Below are positions 9,571 to 17,315 of a stretch of 64,000 bases of DNA, piece after piece. A program made the translations under genes and the position numbers. The stretch is taken from IMG/VR virus record IMGVR_UViG_3300031612_000006; one strand, written 5' to 3'. Positions within the stretch are counted from its first letter, which is position 1; every line of letters begins with the position of its first letter. Under the pieces are notes generated by a model. The model was not told the DNA's origin. It worked only from the letters and a program-made list of their open reading frames with translations, and searched no databases. This DNA is from an uncultured virus (IMG/VR IMGVR_UViG_3300031612_000006) (Duplodnaviria; Heunggongvirae; Uroviricota; Caudoviricetes; Crassvirales).

Positions 9571-9640
9571 CAGGGAGAAGCTTAATGGAGAAGCGATTGT
9601 GAAACACCAATAGAAGTAGGTTCGAGTCCTACCCCTTTGA
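9571..9640 (+). tRNA. Degenerate tRNA / tRNA-like RNA; anticodon not assignable (GAA/Phe possible)
   Basis: D arm GCTT-AATGGAG-AAGC; T arm GTAGG-TTCGAGT-CCTAC; imperfect acceptor CAGGGAG/CCCTTTG; 16-nt irregular anticodon arm; no encoded CCA. Confidence 0.55.
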
Positions 9641-9646
9641 CTAACA

Positions 9647-9789
9647 CAAGGATTGTCGCAGTTGGAGCTGCGAGCCCTCGTTGGGAGGGTACTACATAAA
9701 AGGCTCTGCTATTGATGCCCACGAAGTTCTGAACAAGGCTATACATAGATGCAGTTAGTAGTAAGGTGGTTCGATTCCATCATCCTTGA
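9647..9789 (+). ncRNA. tRNA-like RNA with 5-nt anticodon-position loop and ~75-nt variable arm
   Basis: Perfect acceptor CAAGGAT/ATCCTTG; D arm TCGC..GCGA; CCCTC-GTTGG-GAGGG; TACTAC/GTAGTA closing stem; T arm GGTGG-TTCGATT-CCATC. Confidence 0.6.
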
Positions 9790-9889
9790 CGATTACGAGA
9801 GGTGACTGCGTGAGTGTTACTAAAGGAATCTTGAAATGGATTTAAAAGTCAGCGTTGGGGAGGGCGGGATTCCTTCCCAACTATGGACT

Positions 9890-10076
9890 AACTAAAACAA
9901 GACTAAGATGGAACAACCAAAAAAAGAAGGAAGCTATGTGTGTAGAATGAGTAACAGTTATATCAAGATGTGTTACTACACAGGTACAGAATGGTTAGAT
10001 ATGTGGGAAACTACATTGAAAGGTGAAGTAATTAGATGGATGGAAATCCCTAACGAACTAAAACAAGACTAAGATG
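9890..10076 (+). repeat. 21-bp exact direct repeat AACTAAAACAAGACTAAGATG (9890-9910 and 10056-10076)
   Basis: Two identical copies, each ending in a start ATG; a degenerate third copy lies near 10267-10284. Confidence 0.85.
9908..10072 (+). CDS. Small DUF551-like protein (MEQPKKEGSYVCRM...VIRWMEIP, 54 aa; not in the ORF track)
   Basis: P.K.G.Y...W...V..WM.IP pattern; lies between the two repeats. Confidence 0.6.
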   Translation: MEQPKKEGSYVCRMSNSYIKMCYYTGTEWLDMWETTLKGEVIRWMEIPNELKQD

Positions 10077-10280
10077 AACAAAATGAATTACGCTCCTAGC
10101 GAATACAAACATGTTGCTAGCATTATGACTAGTAGTGTTAGGCATTGGTATATAAACATGAAGGGAGTTAGTAGAAGTAAGTTTGACACAGAAAGGAAAG
10201 CTGCTATTGCAGTAGACAAACTCCTAATAGGACGAGGTAAAGAACCCGTAAACATATTAACTAGAGCTAAACAAAGCTAA
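10074..10280 (+). CDS. Small AP2-like DNA-binding protein
   Basis: YKHV...W.I....FDTERKAAIAVDK...G...N pattern. Confidence 0.55.
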   Translation: MNKMNYAPSEYKHVASIMTSSVRHWYINMKGVSRSKFDTERKAAIAVDKLLIGRGKEPVNILTRAKQS

Positions 10281-10281
10281 G

Positions 10282-10500
10282 ATGGACGAAAGAGATATAG
10301 ACCACTACCTAGAAATAGGGTATTGGATACAAGTAAGCCCTCTAGCTAACGCAGGTTCAGGTTGGATATGCGGAGTATACAAACGAGGTAAGAAGACAGG
10401 TAACTGGATAACAGAATCCTCTAAACAATTTAATACACCTAACGAGTGTTACGATTGGGCTGAGTTAGAGATACATAATTTATTAACTAAAACTAAATGA
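10282..10500 (+). CDS. Hypothetical protein
   Basis: 72-aa ORF in a run of small genes. Confidence 0.6.
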   Translation: MDERDIDHYLEIGYWIQVSPLANAGSGWICGVYKRGKKTGNWITESSKQFNTPNECYDWAELEIHNLLTKTK

Positions 10501-10501
10501 T

Positions 10502-10711
10502 ATGCCCGACATCTCGATGTGCGAAGGCGGTATGTGTACATTAAAAGAAACATGCCATAGGTTCAAGGCTGAACCATGTGAATACGCACAATCATACTTC
10601 GGAAACCCACCATTCAAAGGTGTAGACGAAGACAATAACTCCAAGTGTGAATACTACTGGGAGCAAGAAAAACTAACCAATAAAAAAGAAGATGAAACAA
10701 GAAGAATTTAA
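10502..10711 (+). CDS. Small Cys-rich phage protein (DISMC.G..C..KE.C.RF...Q.YF)
   Basis: Conserved-looking Cys pattern common in phage hypothetical proteins. Confidence 0.65.
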   Translation: MPDISMCEGGMCTLKETCHRFKAEPCEYAQSYFGNPPFKGVDEDNNSKCEYYWEQEKLTNKKEDETRRI

Positions 10712-11021
10712 CGACAACATCACGAAAGTATTAAGTCAAATAGCAGAAGCCTTAGTGACCGCTAACAAGACTAGAGATATACTATATCAACTAATTCAAA
10801 TTGAAAGCTCTAGGGTAGATTTAATAGAAGATAAGTTAGAACTATTAGCAGAAGAGAGAGCTTCAGAATTAGAAGCTGAAGAAAAGAAGGGATGTGACGA
10901 TGTCGATGAATTCATTGCCATGCTACACGGAATGAATGAACCACCTGAAGAGTGTACAATGACTGTAAGTAAAGAAAATCTTATGGAGGATTTATTTGAA
11001 CTAATAAAGAAACTAAAATGA
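10692..11021 (+). CDS. Hypothetical coiled-coil protein
   Basis: 109-aa ORF. Confidence 0.6.
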   Translation: MKQEEFNDNITKVLSQIAEALVTANKTRDILYQLIQIESSRVDLIEDKLELLAEERASELEAEEKKGCDDVDEFIAMLHGMNEPPEECTMTVSKENLMEDLFELIKKLK

Positions 11022-11106
11022 CACAAACATTATTCGTATCAGCAGTAGCTGTATTCGTTGTCGTGTTTATTCTATACGACATGTCCGTTAACAAAACAAA
11101 AGGAAG

Positions 11107-11295
11107 ATGAACGACGAAGAGAAAAACCAAGCCAGCCTTATAAACACTCTTATAGATATGTATTCTAGTAATGACATAGACTTAAAGAGAGTTAAGAAGG
11201 AGCTTAGAAAGAAGTTCGATATATCTATTAGCCTTAATAAGCTAACCAAGATGAAAGAACTTCAAGATAAAAAGAGAGAGGAATCCAATGAGTAA
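11107..11295 (+). CDS. Hypothetical protein
   Basis: 62-aa ORF. Confidence 0.5.
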   Translation: MNDEEKNQASLINTLIDMYSSNDIDLKRVKKELRKKFDISISLNKLTKMKELQDKKREESNE

Positions 11296-11465
11296 TTGTT
11301 CTAAAAAGAAAAGAGATGAAGACAGGTCTGATAAAAAGTGTACTAGTAAAGTATGCGGAAAGAAATGTAAAGTCAATTCAAAGACTGATAAGGATGAAGC
11401 ACAAGATAAAGATAAGTCTTAGTGCCTTAAAGGTTAGAATTTCTAGAGTTAAAGAATGAATACTT

Positions 11466-11485
11466 AGAGGGGTTCACCCCCCTTT
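11466..11485 (+). terminator. Terminator candidate at the end of the early block
   Basis: AGAGGGG-TTCA-CCCCCC-TTT hairpin. Confidence 0.5.
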
Positions 11486-11557
11486 AAACCTCCTTTAACT
11501 CATGCACAGTAGTGATTTTTATTAGCTACCTTAGTAGTCTAATAATCATCCCTGCTA

Positions 11558-12025
11558 GTGTATTGGAATTTAATCAAGAACATAACGTCTATAGCGTTAA
11601 TCTTATTATGCTTTTATCTCTCTGAGTTAAATGTAATTAGCGGGGCTCTGTCAGAGTTTAGCTACCATTATTACGCTAACATACTCTGGGTCATACTGTT
11701 ATGGATACAAGCCCTGAGTTTAGCATTACAATACCGATACACAATAGAGGGGTGGGTATGTTCACTATCACTCCTATACATATCTTTATATAGTTTTGGA
11801 GAGTTCTTACACAACGAGGTAGCTGTGCTTTTCTTCTTGTCTTCTTGTGTTATTGCTTTTCGTTCTTCATATAAAACAGGAACAGGAATACTATTAGTAT
11901 CCCTGCCCTTCCTTTTTCTATGTGAAGGTTATGCTATGTTTGAGCTAACCTTTTGTCTACTGCTTAATATAATTATTCAACAGGAACGTTGTAGAAATAT
12001 TCGCTCTGTAATCCGTTGGTCTTAG
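11558..12025 (+). CDS. Multi-pass membrane protein
   Basis: About 5-6 hydrophobic segments; convergent with, and overlapping, the phosphoesterase gene end. Confidence 0.55.
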   Translation: MYWNLIKNITSIALILLCFYLSELNVISGALSEFSYHYYANILWVILLWIQALSLALQYRYTIEGWVCSLSLLYISLYSFGEFLHNEVAVLFFLSSCVIAFRSSYKTGTGILLVSLPFLFLCEGYAMFELTFCLLLNIIIQQERCRNIRSVIRWS

Positions 12026-13292
12026 ACCATACGAAAGCGTGAGCTCGCTTAATGTTTCCTATGTAATTCTTTTCATCGTGCCATTGGTCTGTCGCAGACA
12101 TAGAAGATAAGTGCCTAACGACCATTCCAGCCACTTCTTCAGCTTGTCCGACAGTTATTGTCTTAACACCGTGGAAATGCCCTCTATGGACCTCTACGTA
12201 CTTAACTGAGCTCCATACGTCTCTAAATCTAACAGGGATTATAGTTCCTAAGTCTTTAGCTTTGGTTTTATCACCATGGTCACACACAATAAGAGCATTC
12301 CCGTAGACAAATCCTTTCATTAAAGGTCTAGAGTTGTCTATAGTAACATGTGCATCCTCGTTGTAGTAAACCTCAAGTGCATCTCCTAAGTGTAACATAG
12401 AAGTTTCATCGTGGTTCCCTGGGATTATATTAACATGAACTGGTGCGAATCCTGAAAGGATATTAATAGCTTCCATAATAAGGATTCTACCATATCTGTA
12501 TGCAGAGTATGAATCAGTACAACCTAATTGAGGTGTACCTTTAGTTGTGGACATGAACGGTTTGTCTCCATCACTATTGAAGAAGTCATTTCCGACTGTA
12601 AATAGTATCTTATCTATATTAAACCCAGAAGAGCGAGACAAGAGACTATCAATAGCAGAAAGCAAACGGTCTTTGGCAATCTCAAGTGAGTACTCATCTC
12701 CATTAATACCCAACTTGTTAAGGTGAAGGTCATAAGCCGCAATCTCAAGTAAGAATCCTTCGTTATCGGAAGAAAGAAGAGGGAAAGACTTACTGCTAGA
12801 ACTAGTCCTAGCAAGCTTACCAATATCTTCTTTAATATCTTCACGTATTTGTTTTGCGTTTAATGTAAATGGCTTCAACTTGAACTTAGCCTTAGTCCTA
12901 TACATGGTGACAGTTATAGGTCTCTTCTTTTCATTAAAGCCTGTAACCTCATACGTACCAATATCGAACCAATCTATAGCCCAGGTATCTAAATCTACCT
13001 TGCAATTAGTTATAAGGTCATCTAATGACTTAACACGACTACTATCTTCCACCGAAATGGTTAAGCAATCTTGCTTCTCATTAGTTATAACTTTCTCATT
13101 TGGCATCTCTGCCGATGAGTGAGAGGCTGCTTGTATATCTTCGTTGAAGGCTGCCCTTAAGTTTCTGGCTTGCCCTCTTACAGCCTCGTATGAGGTGTTA
13201 AACATTGCAGCGGTCTCTGAGTAACCACCATTAAGTTTCTCTGGATTCTTGACTAGATAAGCACGTAGCTCATCATTCTTACTTTTTCCCAC
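11973..13292 (-). CDS. Calcineurin-like metallophosphoesterase with N-terminal HTH-like region
   Basis: DLH, GNDFFN, GNHD, HGD and GHFH metal-binding motifs. Confidence 0.85.
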   Translation of the reverse strand: MGKSKNDELRAYLVKNPEKLNGGYSETAAMFNTSYEAVRGQARNLRAAFNEDIQAASHSSAEMPNEKVITNEKQDCLTISVEDSSRVKSLDDLITNCKVDLDTWAIDWFDIGTYEVTGFNEKKRPITVTMYRTKAKFKLKPFTLNAKQIREDIKEDIGKLARTSSSSKSFPLLSSDNEGFLLEIAAYDLHLNKLGINGDEYSLEIAKDRLLSAIDSLLSRSSGFNIDKILFTVGNDFFNSDGDKPFMSTTKGTPQLGCTDSYSAYRYGRILIMEAINILSGFAPVHVNIIPGNHDETSMLHLGDALEVYYNEDAHVTIDNSRPLMKGFVYGNALIVCDHGDKTKAKDLGTIIPVRFRDVWSSVKYVEVHRGHFHGVKTITVGQAEEVAGMVVRHLSSMSATDQWHDEKNYIGNIKRAHAFVWSKTNGLQSEYFYNVPVE

Positions 13293-13557
13293 GATTTCTT
13301 GCTCTGTTTGTAGATTGCTTTTCCTTGACTAACTTACCTTTCTTGGTATGTGACATATCCTTACCGTCCTTATTTCCATAAGTACCAGCTTCACGATTCT
13401 TCTTATTCAACTTAGCTCTATAGCTTTTACGCTCGTCTGTTGAATGATACTTCTTATCGTAAGATTGTTTTTTTAACCTTGCTTCAGGGTTTGCAGCGTA
13501 GTATTTTGCACTTGCAGATTTACCAGCACTCTTGCCAGCTAATGAATTCCTAGCCAT
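13279..13557 (-). CDS. Small basic protein, HNH-like remnant
   Basis: R..LN..NR..G..G..DGKDMSH...NRARN pattern; K/R-rich. Confidence 0.55.
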   Translation of the reverse strand: MARNSLAGKSAGKSASAKYYAANPEARLKKQSYDKKYHSTDERKSYRAKLNKKNREAGTYGNKDGKDMSHTKKGKLVKEKQSTNRARNRGKK

Positions 13558-13559
13558 GA

Positions 13560-13703
13560 TTATTCGTTTGTTGGGTTAAACATAAAAGCTATGTATAAAA
13601 ACGGAATAAATAATTGAAACTCCTGATAAGGAGCTTCCTCTGTTGGTTCAAAACTTCTAACACCAAACATTATTCCTGTGTAAAAACCTAAGTCTATAAT
13701 CAT
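13560..13703 (-). CDS. Small hydrophobic protein (MIIDLGFYTGIMFGVRSF..., 47 aa; not in the ORF track)
   Basis: Fills the gap exactly, with a TAATG overlap; read manually. Confidence 0.5.
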   Translation of the reverse strand: MIIDLGFYTGIMFGVRSFEPTEEAPYQEFQLFIPFLYIAFMFNPTNE

Positions 13704-14092
13704 TACATGATATTTTTCTTGTTAACACCTATATCTTTCAGCCAAGCTCTAATCTTTAATCCAGAGGATTCGTCAAAGAACAATGACGAACACGCTATCT
13801 TAAGATTTTGGTTGTATAGTAAATGATACATAACTATATGCTCAAGGCTATCATACTGTTTCCATGTGGCGGTATCTGAAAGCTTACCATCTATTATACC
13901 ACCTATGTAAGCTACATGCTTATAGGTCTCATCTTTAGATGGGTGCTCTGACTTAGTCTTAAATTCAGACCTCTGCCCATTGAAATGTATTATATCGCAA
14001 GATACACTTAGTTTATACTCCCTTTTCTCAGGTACATAATCTTTCTCTGTACCTGTGGAATGTATTATTAAATAATCTATACCGTTTTCCAT
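13703..14092 (-). CDS. T7-lysozyme-like amidase fold protein, apparently catalytically degenerate
   Basis: IDYLIIHSTGT and HVAYIGG..SDTATWKQYDSL motifs; ATG at 14092 preferred. Confidence 0.6.
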   Translation of the reverse strand: MENGIDYLIIHSTGTEKDYVPEKREYKLSVSCDIIHFNGQRSEFKTKSEHPSKDETYKHVAYIGGIIDGKLSDTATWKQYDSLEHIVMYHLLYNQNLKIACSSLFFDESSGLKIRAWLKDIGVNKKNIM

Positions 14093-14340
14093 TATATAGT
14101 TTCTTTGCTCGTGCCTATGTATGATACTATGATTGGTAATACGGCTATGAACGCCATTAAGCAGTTCTGCCACGTTATACCAAATGAATTAACATCTACT
14201 ACCACAGCACCTACTAAGACACCAGCAATAGACCTTTTAGCGGACCACTTCTTCTGCTTCTGACCTTCCTTAAATACCTCTGATATTTTACCAAACGATT
14301 TAAAAATGTCTTTTATATTATTTAGCGGACTTCCCTTCAT
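14092..14340 (-). CDS. Putative holin / membrane protein
   Basis: Two hydrophobic helices after KWSAKR; lysis-cluster context. Confidence 0.55.
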   Translation of the reverse strand: MKGSPLNNIKDIFKSFGKISEVFKEGQKQKKWSAKRSIAGVLVGAVVVDVNSFGITWQNCLMAFIAVLPIIVSYIGTSKETI

Positions 14341-14515
14341 CTTTAGATGCTTTAGTGTAGTTAGGAATAATAGCGTCTAACAAGTTATCTAACCTACCAA
14401 ACAATCTATTGTCTTCAATAGAGGGAGTTAAGTTTACTATAACCTTTAATACAGTCATTAAAGCTACTATACCAGTAACTATTGCTGTTCCGTTTTCAAT
14501 AATGTAATCAAACAT
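14318..14515 (-). CDS. Small membrane protein (holin-like)
   Basis: One TM helix, then VNLTP..EDN. Confidence 0.55.
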   Translation of the reverse strand: MFDYIIENGTAIVTGIVALMTVLKVIVNLTPSIEDNRLFGRLDNLLDAIIPNYTKASKDEGKSAK

Positions 14516-14524
14516 ATCTTTTGT

Positions 14525-14929
14525 TTAAATGATTTCTAATGACATTCCTTCGATAGGAACGATTGATATTAATTTCTTTAACGTATTCCTTGATGATGTT
14601 ATATCTACCAACCCATCACCGTCAATATCAGCGTAAGATTTACCTACACCAATACATCCCTTTACATCCCTAACATAGTTAGCTACATGTATGAGTATAT
14701 AAGTTCTATCCTTAACGTCTTCCACTATAAGGTGGCTTCCGTAGGTGTCGCTCTCTCTATGATTTACGTGGTATTTTCCTGTAGGTATACAGCTGATGTC
14801 AGTTTTATTTCCCTTCCATGGTAATTCGAGAGTCTTGCATTCGAAGATTTTCTCTAATTCATCGTAAATAAAAAGGGTTCCTAGGGATTCTTGACCGTCA
14901 TCCCTGAGTCTAAGTAGTGTGGATTTCAT
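14525..14929 (-). CDS. DUF5675-family protein (putative endolysin/peptidase)
   Basis: TLELPWK.N..SCIP.GKY and ILIH.AN...D.KGCIGVG motifs. Confidence 0.75.
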   Translation of the reverse strand: MKSTLLRLRDDGQESLGTLFIYDELEKIFECKTLELPWKGNKTDISCIPTGKYHVNHRESDTYGSHLIVEDVKDRTYILIHVANYVRDVKGCIGVGKSYADIDGDGLVDITSSRNTLKKLISIVPIEGMSLEII

Positions 14930-14992
14930 ATAGCTTAACGTAATGTTATCGCTAATATAGTGATTATATCTTAGTAATCAGCACTTTATGAT

Positions 14993-15220
14993 TTATTCCT
15001 TTATCTTGTTAGCCGCAAGGAGTATTTCTATGTGCTGCAACCTTGCAGCTATATCAAGTAATAACCCTTTTAGCTCCGTATCTGACTGCTCTAAATGATA
15101 CACCCTAGACTTAAGTTTAGTCACTTCGTTGTTTAAATTAACCCATAACCCAAAAGCTGTAGCTAATAATACTCCTGATGTTATAACTAATTGTAATATG
15201 CTTACTGACATTTCGTTCAT
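14993..15220 (-). CDS. Membrane-anchored coiled-coil protein (lysis region)
   Basis: N-terminal TM helix followed by heptad repeats. Confidence 0.6.
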   Translation of the reverse strand: MNEMSVSILQLVITSGVLLATAFGLWVNLNNEVTKLKSRVYHLEQSDTELKGLLLDIAARLQHIEILLAANKIKE

Positions 15221-15244
15221 GGGTAGTTAATTAAATTCCTTATT

Positions 15245-15252
15245 CAAATATA
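15245..15252 (-). promoter_or_regulatory. Bacteroidota-type -7 promoter box (TATATTTG)
   Basis: Matches TAnnTTTG, ~25 nt upstream of the ATG at 15220. Confidence 0.6.
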
Positions 15253-15259
15253 CGAATTA

Positions 15260-15400
15260 TTATGAGCCACACGCCTCACAGTCAGGGTCGTCTATACTGC
15301 AGGCTTCAGGCTGTTCTTTACTTTCTAAACCACCTAACCAATCATCAAAACCAACGTTTAATTCGTCTTCTCCTTTAGCCTTCTTCTCTTCTTTATTCAT
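15260..15400 (-). CDS. 46-aa peptide ending ACSIDDPDCEACGS, resembling the ribonucleotide reductase alpha C-terminal tail (not in the ORF track)
   Basis: Manual translation MNKEEKKAKGEDELNVGFDDWLGGLESKEQPEACSIDDPDCEACGS*; start overlaps the end of the upstream gene. Confidence 0.7.
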   Translation of the reverse strand: MNKEEKKAKGEDELNVGFDDWLGGLESKEQPEACSIDDPDCEACGS

Positions 15401-16313
15401 TTATCTTAAGTTTACCGTGCATCCACGTTGTTATGTTAATATATAGATTACCTTCCTTTGGGTCTATGTTATAATTAATTGTATCAGTATTAACAGAGTT
15501 AACCAGGTTGTAGTCAGAAAGGGATTTGAAGGTATATTTATAATTACCTGCAGGAAGATTAAAACGGTTATGGTCGAATTTAATAGTGAAAGCATTATTA
15601 CCTTCCACTCTTCCCCAGAAAATGTAATCATTACCAGTAGGCTCTGTATAACCATCAATAGCATTTTCTATAATAGACAAGACGTTTGAGTTTTCTGCCA
15701 CCTCTAAGTTTGTAAATATATTCTGCAACCACGTTCTGTAATTAACACTTAAGTGTATTGGCATACCGTCTGCGGCTTCGTAATCCACTAGAGTATCCAT
15801 TAGTGTATCTAAGAAAACTAATTTATCTATTCCATAGTTAGACCTCTCTATTTCAGTATTTTTATTAGAGGACTTAGCTATAGCTTTAGCAACACCCATA
15901 ATTTTATACATATGTATAATGTCGTAATACTTATCGAAATCTCTTTGATTGGTTGGATTTGAATACAACCCAAGGTCATTAGGGTCTAAGTTTGCTGTAG
16001 GGTCAAGACTTTGATGGGCCATAGCTAAATCTAAGTCTGAGCTACATGCAGCCAACACAGGAGTGTCGTCTTCTGTTGTTACAACGAACAACATAACATC
16101 CTCGGCTCCTAACCACTCCCATTTATCTGCTGAAGAGACGCTATAGTTATTAGACAAGTATTCTTGATACTTTAAATGCGTATAACCGTCTCTAGTGAAC
16201 TCTAAAAGAGAGCCTGATTCATTTTTAATCTCAAGGTTTATAGAGAAATCATCACCTCTCTTTGCTGTTATGTCAACCTTCTTAGATTTATCTGCTGTGA
16301 TTTTAATAGCCAT
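15393..16313 (-). CDS. Tail-associated protein (BppU-N-like termini, paralog 1)
   Basis: DITAKRGDDF.I.L ... LPAGNYKY ... TWMHGKLKI. Confidence 0.6.
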   Translation of the reverse strand: MAIKITADKSKKVDITAKRGDDFSINLEIKNESGSLLEFTRDGYTHLKYQEYLSNNYSVSSADKWEWLGAEDVMLFVVTTEDDTPVLAACSSDLDLAMAHQSLDPTANLDPNDLGLYSNPTNQRDFDKYYDIIHMYKIMGVAKAIAKSSNKNTEIERSNYGIDKLVFLDTLMDTLVDYEAADGMPIHLSVNYRTWLQNIFTNLEVAENSNVLSIIENAIDGYTEPTGNDYIFWGRVEGNNAFTIKFDHNRFNLPAGNYKYTFKSLSDYNLVNSVNTDTINYNIDPKEGNLYINITTWMHGKLKINE

Positions 16314-16315
16314 AA

Positions 16316-16900
16316 TTAGTTTTTGTTTACTGTAAATTTACCCTCCATCCATGTTGATGAGTTTTTAAAATAACTATCAACTACACTAGTTGAGCCGTAA
16401 ATAGAACCACTTAATACATCCCTTAAGTCAGAAGCTATCTTAAGCTCGTAAGAATAAGAACCTTGAGGTAGGTTGAATGCGTGAGATTGAATAACCAACC
16501 TTATACCACCGTCTATTTGCCTTACATTGGCGACCTCATTAGACAAGCCACTTACACTATTTAAGTATCGTGGTATCATAGAGTTACCGTAACCAGTAAA
16601 CGTAAATAAATTTATATCACAACCTATTAAATTACTTATAGCTCTAGCTTTTTGTAACATATGTGAAGAAACAGTACCAGAACTGTAAGAACTTACTAAA
16701 TAGTAAGGCAACGAACCAGAATTCAATAACAACACAGGAGCTCCATCTACCCCATATACAATAAACATTAAGTGTTCGGTTGTGAAAAAGTTAAAATCAG
16801 TTCCATCTTCTTTAGTTACTCCTAGGTCTAATTGAAAAGTATCTCCTTCTCTTGCGCTTATATCCACGTTAGTAGTTAAGTCTATATTTATCTTAGCCAT
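16316..16900 (-). CDS. Tail-associated protein (BppU-N-like, paralog 2)
   Basis: DISAREGDTFQL ... LPQGSYSYEL ... TWMEGKFTV. Confidence 0.6.
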   Translation of the reverse strand: MAKINIDLTTNVDISAREGDTFQLDLGVTKEDGTDFNFFTTEHLMFIVYGVDGAPVLLLNSGSLPYYLVSSYSSGTVSSHMLQKARAISNLIGCDINLFTFTGYGNSMIPRYLNSVSGLSNEVANVRQIDGGIRLVIQSHAFNLPQGSYSYELKIASDLRDVLSGSIYGSTSVVDSYFKNSSTWMEGKFTVNKN

Positions 16901-16903
16901 ATC

Positions 16904-17311
16904 TTATCCTATTTTAACTATTCCTCTATCGTTCCAAAGCTCGCCTGAACCTCTAGCTGGGGCTTTTTTCGGTAGTCTATTACCGTTAAGTGTTCTCATA
17001 AATAAATCTACAGTAGCATCCGAACCATCACTACCGTTAGCTCCCCTAGCTCCCGTAGCTCCTGTACTTCCCGTGCCACCTGACTCACCCTTAGCTCCAT
17101 CCCCTACCTCTGAAGTTAAGTACCTGCGAAGTTCATCTATATCATCTTTCATTAATCCTATCTGATATATTAAACTTGCAATCATAGGTTCTTCGTTTGG
17201 GCTAGTAGCAATTCTATCCATGTGTCCAGCATCAAACTCATCCTTAAGTTTATCTTTATCGTCTCCTGTTTTGTCGTGTATTGATACAGACTGTTGGTTT
17301 CCTAATGGCAT
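16904..17311 (-). CDS. Short collagen-repeat fibre protein
   Basis: Gly-X-Y run GDGAKGESGGTGSTGATGARGANGSDG; C-terminal GELWND.G.VKI. Confidence 0.7.
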   Translation of the reverse strand: MPLGNQQSVSIHDKTGDDKDKLKDEFDAGHMDRIATSPNEEPMIASLIYQIGLMKDDIDELRRYLTSEVGDGAKGESGGTGSTGATGARGANGSDGSDATVDLFMRTLNGNRLPKKAPARGSGELWNDRGIVKIG

Positions 17312-17315
17312 AATC

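Noticed and set aside
9647..9789. tmRNA or tRNA-Sec interpretation of the long tRNA-like RNA
   Set aside because: No G3:U70 alanine identity pair, a D stem is present, it is too short for tmRNA, and there is no TCA anticodon; the internal frame AIDAHEVLNKAIHRCS* is not tag-like
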